From Sedimentisphaerales bacterium (lineage in GTDB: Bacteria; Planctomycetota; Phycisphaerae; Sedimentisphaerales; Anaerobacaceae): a stretch of DNA of 64,000 nt. A model generated the notes under the pieces. It ran no database searches. It had not been told where the DNA came from and worked only from the letters and a program-made list of their open reading frames with translations. Location of the stretch: NCBI GenBank assembly GCA_035528395.1, contig DATKYR010000119.1, forward strand, positions 1,702-65,701, written 5' to 3'. Below are positions 8,845 to 18,722 of this stretch, one piece after another. The position numbers and the translations under genes are program-made. Every line of letters begins with the position of its first letter. Position 1 is the stretch's first letter.

Positions 8845-11031
8845 TTATTTGCGACCAGATTCAGCAGGCCCCCCAAATGCTTCTTCTTGTGTTTGGGGAC
8901 CCCGGCTGAGGGTTATCTGCGCATCTACTACCATCGCCTTGGTGCCGAGGCTTCCGACGATGAACGGATTGATGTTCAGCTCTTTAATCTGTGGGAAGTC
9001 GGTAGCCAGCTGGCTTATTCGCTGCAGACCGCCCGTAATCGCCGACAGGTCCACATCAGCCTGGCCGCGGGCACCTTTAAGTAAGGCGTATGACCGAGTC
9101 TCCATCAACATTTCCATTGCCTCATCGGCTGTGATAGGGGCAAGGTAACAGGAAACATCTTTGAGCACATCTACAAAGGTGCCGCCCAGTCCGAATATAA
9201 GCATAGGTCCAAACTGCGAGTCGGACGTCATACCAAGGGTCACCTCCAGTCCGCGGACGCACATCTTCTCGATGTAAACGCCGTTCAATCTGGCTTCGGG
9301 TGCCCGCCTGCTGACCCGCAGTGTCAGCAGGTCAAAGGTATCACGCAATTGGTCGGGGCTGGATATGTTCAGCTTGATACCCCCAACATCAGACTTATGT
9401 AAAATATCAGGGGAAACAATCTTCATAGCTACAGGATATCCGATTCTTTCGGCGATTTCTACAGCCTCTTCAGGCCTGTTGGCCACACGACCGTCCGGCA
9501 CATTAAAGTCGTAAGCCCGCAGGATTTCTTTGGCTTCAACTTCGCCCATCTGGATATGGTTTGTCTTTAAATGTCGTGAAATGATACGCTCAACCCTGTT
9601 ACGATTGACCGGAAAGCGCGTAACAACACGCGCCGGATGGCTGCGCCAGGCGCCATATTCATACATAGCCCGCAGCGCTGAGACAGCCCGCTCCGGTGAG
9701 GGGTAATCGGGCAGACTGCAATCGACTAATTCCCTGCGTTCGGGCATCATATCAGCACTGCCTAAGAAAACCACGAGCACCGGCTTGTCATCAGAAACGC
9801 AGGCGGCAATAGCCCGAGCGGTTTCCGCCGGTTTTGTCATTGCGTGCGGCGTTAGAATAACGATGATAGCATCGACCGATTCATCTTTTTGCGCGGTACT
9901 GACAGCAGTGGCATACCGCTCAGGGTCGGCGTCGCCCAATACGTCAATTGGATTGCTGACAATAGCTGCAGGCGGCAGTTTCTCCCTGAGGGCTCCGGCA
10001 CTGTTTCCGTTCAGAGTGGCCACCTTCATCCCGGATTGCTCGATGGCATCAGCGGCCATAACAGCCGGCCCTCCGGCGTTTGTAATGATTGCAACACGAT
10101 TACCTTTGGGCAGAGGCTGCATAGATAGCGCCGCAGCGTAGTCGAAAAGCGAGTCAAAGCTTTCTGCTCGTATTACACCGGCCCGCTTAAACGCCGCGGC
10201 ATAGGCAATATCATCCCCAGCCAGACCACCTGTATGTGCCGATGCCGCCTTCATTCCCGCCTTGGTAACTCCCGCCCTCAACAGGACCAATGGCTTAGCC
10301 GAGGCCACTGACCGCGCTGCCTTAATGAACTTATCGCCGGATGTAATATTTTCGAGGTAGCCGACGATGACTTTTGTTTGTTCATCGGTTTCAAATGCCA
10401 ATAAGAAGTCAGTCTCATTTAGGTCGGCCTTGTTACCTATGCTGACGACTTTTGCTAAGCCCAGACCTCGGGCCTTAGCCCAATCTAACATTGCCGTACA
10501 GACCGCTCCCGATTGAGACAGGACTGATATGCCGCCGGCCTTCGGCATACGTTTTGAAAACGAAGCATTCATCCGATGTCCGGTATTAATCAGGCCCAGG
10601 CAATTAGGCCCTAACAGACGAACTCCGGCCTGCAAACAAAGCTGCGTAATCTCCGATTGCATTTTGGTTCCTTCTGGGCCGGTCTCTCTAAAGCCTGCCG
10701 TGACCACCGCTATCGCTTTTGCTTCTGCTCTAATCGAACTTTCCACGGCCTTGAGAACCGACGCTGCCGGCACCGCAATAACTGCTAAGTCTACAGTGCC
10801 TGTGTATGTATTCAAATCGTGTAAACAGCTAAGGCCTAATACCTCGTCGGCCGAAGGATTAACCGGTATGATTTGTCCCTCAAAACCACCATCTAACAGG
10901 TTGGCCAATATCTCATAACCCACCTTGCCGGGTGTCCGCGAAGCACCGATAAGTGCAATAGACTTAGGATATAATAAAAATTCCAACATAACTTGCAAAT
11001 TGAAAAATTTTTTACTCGAATCTGCACTCAA
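8845..11031 (-). CDS. ADP-forming acyl/acetyl-CoA synthetase (fused alpha+beta; CoA-binding, succinyl-CoA-synthetase-like and ATP-grasp domains)
   Basis: Has an N-terminal IALIGASRTPGKVGY CoA-binding motif, the phosphohistidine-loop-like motif SAHTGGLAG, and a C-terminal ATP-grasp region (YPVAMKIVSPDILHKSDVGG). Confidence 0.8.
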   Translation of the reverse strand: MSADSSKKFFNLQVMLEFLLYPKSIALIGASRTPGKVGYEILANLLDGGFEGQIIPVNPSADEVLGLSCLHDLNTYTGTVDLAVIAVPAASVLKAVESSIRAEAKAIAVVTAGFRETGPEGTKMQSEITQLCLQAGVRLLGPNCLGLINTGHRMNASFSKRMPKAGGISVLSQSGAVCTAMLDWAKARGLGLAKVVSIGNKADLNETDFLLAFETDEQTKVIVGYLENITSGDKFIKAARSVASAKPLVLLRAGVTKAGMKAASAHTGGLAGDDIAYAAAFKRAGVIRAESFDSLFDYAAALSMQPLPKGNRVAIITNAGGPAVMAADAIEQSGMKVATLNGNSAGALREKLPPAAIVSNPIDVLGDADPERYATAVSTAQKDESVDAIIVILTPHAMTKPAETARAIAACVSDDKPVLVVFLGSADMMPERRELVDCSLPDYPSPERAVSALRAMYEYGAWRSHPARVVTRFPVNRNRVERIISRHLKTNHIQMGEVEAKEILRAYDFNVPDGRVANRPEEAVEIAERIGYPVAMKIVSPDILHKSDVGGIKLNISSPDQLRDTFDLLTLRVSRRAPEARLNGVYIEKMCVRGLEVTLGMTSDSQFGPMLIFGLGGTFVDVLKDVSCYLAPITADEAMEMLMETRSYALLKGARGQADVDLSAITGGLQRISQLATDFPQIKELNINPFIVGSLGTKAMVVDAQITLSRGPQTQEEAFGGPAESGRK

Positions 11032-11217
11032 TTCTACAATCAGCAGCCGGCTGTTTCAAGCAAATTAAGGCCAAAGCAAATTTCTTCTACTGCCAACCGG
11101 CTTAAAAATAATCAAACCATCGGTATAAGTGTCCCCAAAACATTATGCCGCTGTTCTTAAATCTATGGAAGAAAATTATTGATATGTCGCTTCCGTTGTG
11201 GAATAATAAGCCACCTT

Positions 11218-12630
11218 ATGAAAGTGCGCACGAAAAAATTATTGGTCGCAGCTGTATTCGTTCTTTGCCTCGGCAGTTTTGCAAAAGCGGATTTGGCGAA
11301 GCGAGTTGATGGTATTATCAGCCGTTCTTTGCAGCAGAAAGTTCAATTTTCCATTCATATCGTAAAGGCCGATTCCGGCGACACGGTATATAACCATGAC
11401 GCAGGAGAGTTGATGATACCGGCTTCAAATATGAAAATAATTACCACCGCAGCGGCACTGAACTACCTGGGGCCTGATTACGAATATAAAACGAAGGTCG
11501 GTTTTTGTGACGATACCCTCGTAGTAATAGGAAGCGGTGACCCTTTATTGGGAGACGAAAAAACAGACGCTAAGTATGGTCGAGAGAAAGGCTGGATATT
11601 CAAGGACATAGCAGAAGCTTTGAAACGTAAAGGTATAGATACCATAAAGGATATTGTTATCGACAGCAGCGTATTTGATGACCAGCGCGTCCACCTGAGC
11701 TGGTCTAAAAAAGAGCTGAACAAGTGGTATGCCTGCGAAGTAAGCGGCATGAATTTCAATGACAATTGTGTAGGGATAAGCACGAAGAATAACGGCGGCA
11801 AAGTGGAAGTATTTATTGAGCCGCAAACCGCTTTTATAAAATTTGACAATCAGGTCAAACCAATATCAAAAGGGACCAGTGCCGTAGGGACATATCGGAA
11901 TCAGGAGCCTAATAAGATTGTTGTTTACGGCAGATGCAAAGACAAAGTAGGGCCGTTCGATGTTGCAATTGAAAGACCTGCTGCATTTTTTGGATTTCTC
12001 CTGTACGAGAATCTAACTAAAGCAGGAATAAAAACAAATGGCCAGCTCGTAGAAAAAACGCTCGATGATCCCAGCGATTTCAAGCTGCTCACCCAATACA
12101 CCACTCCCTTAGCTGATTGTTTGGCCCGTTCTAACAAGAACAGTCTCGGATTGGCAGCCGAAGCGCTGCTTAAAACTATTGCCGCTCATAATAATCCGAA
12201 TGGAAAATACGGTAGTTGGGACAGAGGCCGGGAATTGATTTCTGAATATCTCCAAGAGCTTGGCATCGATGAAAGCCAGTTTTATATCGACGACGCCAGC
12301 GGCCTGAGCAGACAAAATGAGCTTAGCGCATACGCCATAACAAAAGTGTTATTGAATATCTATAATAGCAGGAATTGGGAACTGTATAAGGATTCGCTTG
12401 CGGTAGGGGGGGTAGATGGGACAATCGCCAGATATTTCAAAGAAGAAAAGTACAAAGGCAAAATCATAGGCAAAACCGGATATATAAATAGCGTCAAGAC
12501 ATTTTCAGGTATTTGCGCGACTGAACAGGGCGATTACATATTTTCAATTCTCGCAAACAACACCAACGGCCGCACCCGCGGAGTAATCAACGACATCGCA
12601 GAAGCGATTATTGATGAAGCTGATATGTAG
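11218..12630 (+). CDS. dacB: D-alanyl-D-alanine carboxypeptidase/endopeptidase (PBP4, peptidase S13)
   Basis: ATG at 11218 gives the signal peptide MKVRTKKLLVAAVFVLCLGSFAKA. Has an SxxK active-site motif PASNMK and the C-terminal KTGY(I) motif typical of PBP4. Confidence 0.8.
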   Translation: MKVRTKKLLVAAVFVLCLGSFAKADLAKRVDGIISRSLQQKVQFSIHIVKADSGDTVYNHDAGELMIPASNMKIITTAAALNYLGPDYEYKTKVGFCDDTLVVIGSGDPLLGDEKTDAKYGREKGWIFKDIAEALKRKGIDTIKDIVIDSSVFDDQRVHLSWSKKELNKWYACEVSGMNFNDNCVGISTKNNGGKVEVFIEPQTAFIKFDNQVKPISKGTSAVGTYRNQEPNKIVVYGRCKDKVGPFDVAIERPAAFFGFLLYENLTKAGIKTNGQLVEKTLDDPSDFKLLTQYTTPLADCLARSNKNSLGLAAEALLKTIAAHNNPNGKYGSWDRGRELISEYLQELGIDESQFYIDDASGLSRQNELSAYAITKVLLNIYNSRNWELYKDSLAVGGVDGTIARYFKEEKYKGKIIGKTGYINSVKTFSGICATEQGDYIFSILANNTNGRTRGVINDIAEAIIDEADM

Positions 12631-12677
12631 CAGCGTAACAGCTTACTCGGTGGTAATATAATCCTGAGCCAGTGACA

Positions 12678-14564
12678 TTATTCCAAGGTGACCACGGCAA
12701 TTTCGTATATGCTCACCTGCGGCACAGAGAATGTGACAACGCCGGCCTGCTCCTTAAAGGTCAGTTCAATGTCGTTTTCCCGGTCGGGACCGGCCAGTGA
12801 TATGTCCTTGACATGACGTTCAGCCGGCAGGCGCAGACTTATTGTGATGTTTTTGACAGGGTCGTTGGTCCGGTAGTTGACCAGATGAACAAGGCGTCTG
12901 CCGGGTTGTTCTGTTAGCTCCGAACACAGTCCCGGCTCGGCCTGAAGCGACAAGGAAAGTTCATTTGCGCAGGCCTGGCTGACCGCGCCAAGAATGTCGT
13001 TATTTTCGCCGATGCGCACCACGCTGCTGGCCGGCAGGTCACCCAGTGCCGGTTTTTCCCGCGGAAGCATCCACTCGTCGTGGGTGGCGACCGGACCGAT
13101 GACACAGACCCTGCCGCCGGATTTGATGTATTGCCTGATTTGTTCTATCTGCTCATCAGAAAGGGCTATACATCCTGCAAGAATGAGCGCACGATAGCGT
13201 TTTAAATCGTTGAGATGGTGGTCATAGATTATCTGGAAACAGATGCGATTTTCAATGAGAGCCTGCTCGGCTTGATAAGTGAGCCTGGCATAATTCGAAT
13301 TGGCGAATACCTGTGATGGAAAACTGCGTAGAACGGCTACATCGGCAACAATTCTGGCCTCCCTAAGCAGGTCACGACGTGTATTAAAGAAGTGAATAAA
13401 AGGTTCAAGAGTGTTGGAAATGGGTTCATTCGAGCCTGGCTTGGCGACTAACTCGCCGTATTCAAACCAGCAGATACATCCAAGGCAATCGCGGTTGAAC
13501 GCCATGGACTCAGCCATCTCAAGGCCGGTTGTGGTGTAAACAAATGCAATATTATCCATACGCCGGGCGACCTTGAAAGTGCGGATACGGGTCTGGAGCT
13601 GTCCGTTCTGGTAGCCGGGCTGCCTGCCCTCGTCCCAGAACGCCTCGCCGCCCTGAAGAAGGTTTCCATGGTCCACAGGTGGTCGAATCCGGCTCCCCGG
13701 ACCTCCGGGATTACACTCGATGAGGATGTCCTTACGAAGCGTGCGAGCATACCGGCTCATGTCGTAATAGGAATCGGTAAGCGACCGGCAGGAAAAATCC
13801 AGCCACGCCCGACGCAGCATATTCTCCGGCAGCCCGGTCATAGGAGGCTGCACGGTATCCAGGTCATCGATACCCATTTTGTTAAGCTGCTCGTGAGTGA
13901 ACGTATTATCGAGATATTTGCGAAACCGTTGTACAGAATTGGCGTCCTGGCCGGGACCATACCCATAGTTGTCGAAGTGGAGCAGCTCTGCTCCAATGTC
14001 GTTGACGGCAAATCGAACGAGCTGCCGGTAGAATGCCTGGGCATCGGCGTGGTTCCGGTTCCAGCGGTAGCGATATGTTGCCGTACCGTACGTTAGGGGC
14101 TTGCCATCCTTATCGAGTACGACCCAGTCTTTCGCCTGTGGAACCTCTTTAAATAAAAGCTCCCAAATAAAGGCCCCGCTGTAGTTATAAACGCCCACGT
14201 TCAGATCGGCGTCGTGACAAAGTTTAGCGAATTTGACCGCATCAGCCATGCTTTCGCGTTCCGCTTCCAGGCCTGCACCTTTATAGCAGTGCATCATAAC
14301 GAAATTCACGCCCAGCGCCTTAAGTTTTTCAATCATCTCGGGACTATGTTCGCGCAAGTAGGCGGCACGTTGCTCGGCCGTCGGTATGTAGCCCTGGCTT
14401 CCGTCACGCCGAACGCGGAACAGCAACGGCTCCCAGCTCCCCGCCATCACAATCCCGTCCCGCTGCAGCCAATCCGGACGTTGCTCAAGCGGCAAAGTCA
14501 GCGGTTCAGCGTGAACCAGACAGGTAAGACATAAGTGCAGCAAGATTACCAGTTTGATGGACAT
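12678..14564 (-). CDS. secreted hypothetical protein, possible TIM-barrel glycoside-hydrolase-like enzyme with a GH42-trimerisation-like middle domain
   Basis: The internal start M23 gives the signal peptide MSIKLVILLHLCLTCLVHA. The NFVMMHCYKG and LLHFDNYGYG strands resemble (beta/alpha)8 hydrolases. The function is a guess. Confidence 0.6.
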   Translation of the reverse strand: MSIKLVILLHLCLTCLVHAEPLTLPLEQRPDWLQRDGIVMAGSWEPLLFRVRRDGSQGYIPTAEQRAAYLREHSPEMIEKLKALGVNFVMMHCYKGAGLEAERESMADAVKFAKLCHDADLNVGVYNYSGAFIWELLFKEVPQAKDWVVLDKDGKPLTYGTATYRYRWNRNHADAQAFYRQLVRFAVNDIGAELLHFDNYGYGPGQDANSVQRFRKYLDNTFTHEQLNKMGIDDLDTVQPPMTGLPENMLRRAWLDFSCRSLTDSYYDMSRYARTLRKDILIECNPGGPGSRIRPPVDHGNLLQGGEAFWDEGRQPGYQNGQLQTRIRTFKVARRMDNIAFVYTTTGLEMAESMAFNRDCLGCICWFEYGELVAKPGSNEPISNTLEPFIHFFNTRRDLLREARIVADVAVLRSFPSQVFANSNYARLTYQAEQALIENRICFQIIYDHHLNDLKRYRALILAGCIALSDEQIEQIRQYIKSGGRVCVIGPVATHDEWMLPREKPALGDLPASSVVRIGENNDILGAVSQACANELSLSLQAEPGLCSELTEQPGRRLVHLVNYRTNDPVKNITISLRLPAERHVKDISLAGPDRENDIELTFKEQAGVVTFSVPQVSIYEIAVVTLE

Positions 14565-14646
14565 AAAGACTCTCCTGCGAATGGATTGTGCCGGGATTTC
14601 TCTACATGCTTTCTTCATAATCTTTCTCACTGCTCATTTTACATGA

Positions 14647-16221
14647 TTACGGTCTGAAGTAAACTATGAGGCCGTTTTCATAGACTTTTCTTTCCCAGTC
14701 GGGCTTGACGATTGATTCGAAGATGGGTCCTTCGAGACGTCTCATTTCTACGCCGAGTATCACCGCCGACGGTGGAGATTTTTCGAGTAATTCTCCGAGT
14801 GTTTTTGGGCCCACGGTATGTGTAACACTTCGCTCAGATGGTGACATAGAATCGGCAGCTCTATAGATAATTGCACCACAGGAAAGTTCGGTATAGATAT
14901 CGCTTCCGCCCTCAAGAGCGAGTAGGGGGGCTAAAGTAAGTATGAGTTTTGGTTCTTTAGTTCTCTGGGCAATATCTTCTGAAATCTTATGTATTTCAAT
15001 CGGCACCCATCTTTCCGGCACAAGAACTAACGGAGTTCTGTATAGTACAACTGGATAGTAAGCAACTGCCACAAGCGCGCACACAATTACTAAAGCAGCC
15101 GCTATTTTGAAGTGTTTACTAACACTGGTTTTGCCGGCAAGTTTTCGCAAATACAACAGCGGCAAGGCAAAGCTGATTACCAGAAAAGGTACCGGCGTTG
15201 CAAGATACTGCCTCCACATTGTCGGCGGAATTAGAGCGATGATAAAGAATGCTAACGGCAGCAGGGCGGCGAGCAAGAGGGCTCTGACATTCGATATATT
15301 TAACCTGCGGCGAAGACACACAACCACCAGGCAAAGATAAATCGCCAATACCACAAGTGCAAAATATCCCGGCTGTCTAAGGCAGGTTAATGTCAACGCG
15401 GATTTGTTGTAAACCATACCTATTTCGTGCAGCCATTCGCCGTAGAGCGTAGGTATTTTGACCAGGTTCAGAAAAAATGCTCGAGGTGCCTGAGCTATCA
15501 CCCAGACAGGCCAAATCAAGACAAAAGCTATCGCTGCAAGAAACGGCAGGGCGGTCTTGAATCTTTGTTTAATTGACTCGGCTGGCTGGCTCAGCAGCAT
15601 CACAAAAAACAGCAGCTCTACCAAAGCTGTCGTTATACGCATACAACTTGCAAACGTAAGCAGGGCACCAATGGCGGCAATGCGCCAGCCCAGCGAAGCT
15701 GGGTTTTGATCATGCCCGCCTTCGGCGGGTGACTTCTGCTTAAAATCAGTGGATATAAATAACCAGAATGACAACACAACGCATAGGATTACAACATCAT
15801 GGTTCCAGGCATAGCCGTTTGCATAATCGACGAGAGGATTGAATACGTACAGGACGGCCGCTGCTAAGCCTAAAAGCATTCCTGAAATTGCAAATGACTT
15901 GAAAATATACCGGTATATACCAACAATACAGACTAATACGAGAATATCACAGAAAGCAGAGAGAATTCTCCCAACGAGCAAATAATGGGTTGTGCTAAAC
16001 GTTCTGAATAGAGCTGCACATAATAAGGGGTGGTAGGGCAGTTGGGCCGCGTATGAAAAATCCCTGTAAATCATCTTTCCCTGGGCCAGCAGGGCACCAC
16101 CGGTGCAGTACATCTGTTCATCCCGGCCGATGGGCTTGGCCATACTATTGGCTAAAATTGCAAGCGAAAGAACAATCAGTATTAAGACAACCGATATATT
16201 GACGATTTTTGCAGACATCAT
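14647..16221 (-). CDS. GT-C fold membrane glycosyltransferase (ArnT/PMT-like, family 39/83 type)
   Basis: Polytopic membrane protein with a first-loop DE motif (GRDEQMYCTGG...YRDF...PYHPLL). The start is set at MMSAKI (16219-16221) because the upstream 64 codons of the track ORF run through a repeat element. Confidence 0.65.
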   Translation of the reverse strand: MMSAKIVNISVVLILIVLSLAILANSMAKPIGRDEQMYCTGGALLAQGKMIYRDFSYAAQLPYHPLLCAALFRTFSTTHYLLVGRILSAFCDILVLVCIVGIYRYIFKSFAISGMLLGLAAAVLYVFNPLVDYANGYAWNHDVVILCVVLSFWLFISTDFKQKSPAEGGHDQNPASLGWRIAAIGALLTFASCMRITTALVELLFFVMLLSQPAESIKQRFKTALPFLAAIAFVLIWPVWVIAQAPRAFFLNLVKIPTLYGEWLHEIGMVYNKSALTLTCLRQPGYFALVVLAIYLCLVVVCLRRRLNISNVRALLLAALLPLAFFIIALIPPTMWRQYLATPVPFLVISFALPLLYLRKLAGKTSVSKHFKIAAALVIVCALVAVAYYPVVLYRTPLVLVPERWVPIEIHKISEDIAQRTKEPKLILTLAPLLALEGGSDIYTELSCGAIIYRAADSMSPSERSVTHTVGPKTLGELLEKSPPSAVILGVEMRRLEGPIFESIVKPDWERKVYENGLIVYFRP

Positions 16222-16281
16222 CGTTCTGAAAGATAAAACTAAAAAACATTGAAAAGTGACAATTGAAAAATAGTAAACAGT

Positions 16282-16417
16282 TCCTATTGCGGAAAAAGTA
16301 TTTGTCATTCCCGCCCCGCATCGTGTGCGGGATAAACTCCAGCGGGAATCCAGCTTTTCACTCTGGACCCCTGCTTTCGCAGGGGTGACATCGTTGAGTT
16401 TCGTTTTCCGCAACAGA
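16282..16417. mobile_element. MITE-like element, family B copy 1 (136 bp), flanked by an 11-bp direct repeat
   Basis: Terminal inverted repeats are TCCTATTGCGGAAAA / TTTTCCGCAACAGA. Perfect direct repeats TAGTAAACAGT lie immediately outside at 16271-16281 and 16418-16428. The second copy is at 41820..41933. Internal hairpins are CCCGC..GCGGG and CCCCTGC-tttc-GCAGGGG. Confidence 0.7.
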
Positions 16418-16450
16418 TAGTAAACAGTCGATAGTAAATAGTCAATTACT

Positions 16451-17494
16451 TTACCATTCAGCCAGCTCGCCGAGAAGCTCCTCGACCAGGTCTTTCATTG
16501 TCACGATACCGATGGGTCTTTCCCGGCCGGGACGTCCCCCCCTCGTAACTAAGACGATTTTCTGATTTTCCCTCTGCATAATATTTATCGCTTCTATCAC
16601 TGTAATATTAGCGTCGATTTTTCGGATTGGTTTAACAAACTTTGTTAAATCAGTGAATTGTTCTGACAAGCTTAAGGCCTCGTAGATACTTATAAAACCG
16701 ATGATATGTCCGGGCTCTCCCTCTGTGACCAGCAGGCGGGTGTAGGCACATTCCTCCAATTTATTTAACAGAACCGTATTATCAGAATTAACATCAACCA
16801 TTTGAACATTGTTAATTGGTACCATCACAGACCTTATATTGATGTGTGAGATACTGACAAGGCGGTTTATAATGTCGGTCTGCACGGCACTGAGAATACC
16901 CTCTTCGTGCGTATCCTGCAGAATAGCCTGGACCTGGTGTCTTTGTGCAGATGTTATTACCGTTTTCGAAGAAGAAGCCAGACCTGATAATCTCACGAAT
17001 AGACCCGATATGAATTTGAGCAGGGGTATGACACCGCACCAGCTTAAGACTTTGTGAAATGAGTATAAAAGCGGCGACAAATACGGCATAAGCGAATCTG
17101 AGCGATAAAAAAAGATATTTTTGGGAATTAGCTCTGAAAAAACAAATAGTGTCGGTGCGGTTAAAAGGGTTGCAAATAATTCAGCATTGTGTTCAGCCCC
17201 TGTCTTACTTAGAAATACATAAGTGAAGAAAGCATAAGTTATAAAGCTCGTAGTGAGATAGTGGGCAAGATTTGTGCCTATCAGCATTGATAGAAGCAGG
17301 CCGCTGCTGTCGTGCAGGCATCTGCTGAGTATGACGTATGATAATTTCTTTCGTTCAACTCCCAGTCGTAAGCGAAGCCGGCTGAGACGATACATACCTG
17401 TTTCAGAACCGGCGAACAAACCCGCCAGGATAATGAAGAACGCAATTGGTAATATTAATACTGTATTATTGAACATTTGTTTGGAACGGCTCAA
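16451..17494 (-). CDS. CNNM/CorC-type transporter (DUF21 transmembrane domain + CBS pair), lacks the CorC_HlyC C-terminal domain
   Basis: Has the N-terminal DUF21 signature (GSETGMY...) and a CBS-pair region (MVPINNVQMV...IGIVTMKDLVEELLGE). It overlaps the upstream paralogue. The alternative start MFNNTV at 17476 is equally possible. Confidence 0.75.
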   Translation of the reverse strand: MSRSKQMFNNTVLILPIAFFIILAGLFAGSETGMYRLSRLRLRLGVERKKLSYVILSRCLHDSSGLLLSMLIGTNLAHYLTTSFITYAFFTYVFLSKTGAEHNAELFATLLTAPTLFVFSELIPKNIFFYRSDSLMPYLSPLLYSFHKVLSWCGVIPLLKFISGLFVRLSGLASSSKTVITSAQRHQVQAILQDTHEEGILSAVQTDIINRLVSISHINIRSVMVPINNVQMVDVNSDNTVLLNKLEECAYTRLLVTEGEPGHIIGFISIYEALSLSEQFTDLTKFVKPIRKIDANITVIEAINIMQRENQKIVLVTRGGRPGRERPIGIVTMKDLVEELLGELAEW

Positions 17495-18722
17495 GGATTA
17501 GTGTTAAGGTTTCTATTCTGCGCTTTTGCACTTTTTCGACGGTAAACTTCAAATTCTTCAAATGTGCGACGTCACCGCTTTTAGGTATTTTTCCGAGAAG
17601 GGCGGTCACCAAACCGCCGACTGTGGCGAAACGCGTCTCGGCCAAATCAATGCCGAACACTTCAGCCCAATCGTGAATGGCCAGATTACCTGCGAGGCGA
17701 TATTCAAAGGGCCCTGTTTGTTTGATTGGTTCTATGTGGCTTGCAGGTTCCATCTGGCCGAATAATTCTTCGGCAATATCCTCAAGCCGGACAGAACCGG
17801 CGATTCCACCGTATTCATCCACGACTATTGCCGTATCGGTTTGACTTCTGCGGAAAAATTCAAGCAGAGATTCGACTGTCTTTTGTTCCGGGACAAAATG
17901 AACCTGTTGAACGATTTTGTCTAATGACACGCCCGGTTTAAGCAAAAGCTGTCGAAGGTGTATCAGTCCGACTATATTGTCTATTGTCCGGCTGTATACA
18001 GGCAGCTTTGTAAGGTGATTATCCTGCATCTTCGCGCGTGCTGTTTGCGGCGAATCTGTAACGGAACAGGCGAACATATCCACCCGCGGCCGCATAACGT
18101 GACGGACTTTGAGAAAGCCCATCTCGATAACTTCCGTCAGGAGTTTGTTTTCATCGGCGCTAATCAATCCCTGTTTTCGCGTTGTATCGATCAAAGATTT
18201 AAATTCGCCAACTGTTATTGGTTTGGGACTTCTGACCGGCCCCAAAAACAACCGAAGAATCGGTTCTAATATGAAAAATTTGAACACAAACTCAAGTGGC
18301 GTAAAAATTTTAAGGCACAAAAAAGCAGGAAGAGCAGCAGCGATACTCACAGACTTTGAATTTGCGTAGGCTATGGATTTTGGCAGTATTTCCCCTACCA
18401 GCACAAGAGCGGCGAAACTCAATACAGCGATAATAGCTGCGAATATCAGGCTTCCCTGTTCTTTGACTCGCATTATCAGGATACTGGAGACGGCGTAAAA
18501 CAGAACGTTGACCGTCATATTTCCGAATAATAAGCTGTCAAGCAAATGTCCCGGTTTGTTAAGAAGACTTGCAGCAAGCTTTTGAACCTTGTGTTTGGAA
18601 CCGTTCATCAGCTTTAATTGTCTGCGTGACAGATTAAAGAAGGCGGTTTCGGCTCCTGAAAAAAAAGCTGAACCGACAAGAAGCAGTAACATAAAAATAA
18701 TTTGGTAAACCTGAGCCGCCAT
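17466..18722 (-). CDS. CNNM/CorC/HlyC-family transporter (DUF21 + CBS pair + CorC_HlyC domain)
   Basis: Motifs seen: FFSGAETAFF, CBS pair (VMRPRVDMFA...IVGLIHLRQLL), and a C-terminal transporter-associated domain. Its start ATG shares one base with the TGA of the upstream histidine kinase. Confidence 0.8.
   Translation of the reverse strand: MAAQVYQIIFMLLLLVGSAFFSGAETAFFNLSRRQLKLMNGSKHKVQKLAASLLNKPGHLLDSLLFGNMTVNVLFYAVSSILIMRVKEQGSLIFAAIIAVLSFAALVLVGEILPKSIAYANSKSVSIAAALPAFLCLKIFTPLEFVFKFFILEPILRLFLGPVRSPKPITVGEFKSLIDTTRKQGLISADENKLLTEVIEMGFLKVRHVMRPRVDMFACSVTDSPQTARAKMQDNHLTKLPVYSRTIDNIVGLIHLRQLLLKPGVSLDKIVQQVHFVPEQKTVESLLEFFRRSQTDTAIVVDEYGGIAGSVRLEDIAEELFGQMEPASHIEPIKQTGPFEYRLAGNLAIHDWAEVFGIDLAETRFATVGGLVTALLGKIPKSGDVAHLKNLKFTVEKVQKRRIETLTLILEPFQTNVQ

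Noticed and set aside
16222-16413. 64-codon N-terminal extension of the GT-C glycosyltransferase ORF (MRKTKLNDVTPAKAGVQ...)
   Set aside because: The extension reads straight through the family B MITE. The membrane protein proper starts plausibly at MMSAKI (16221).
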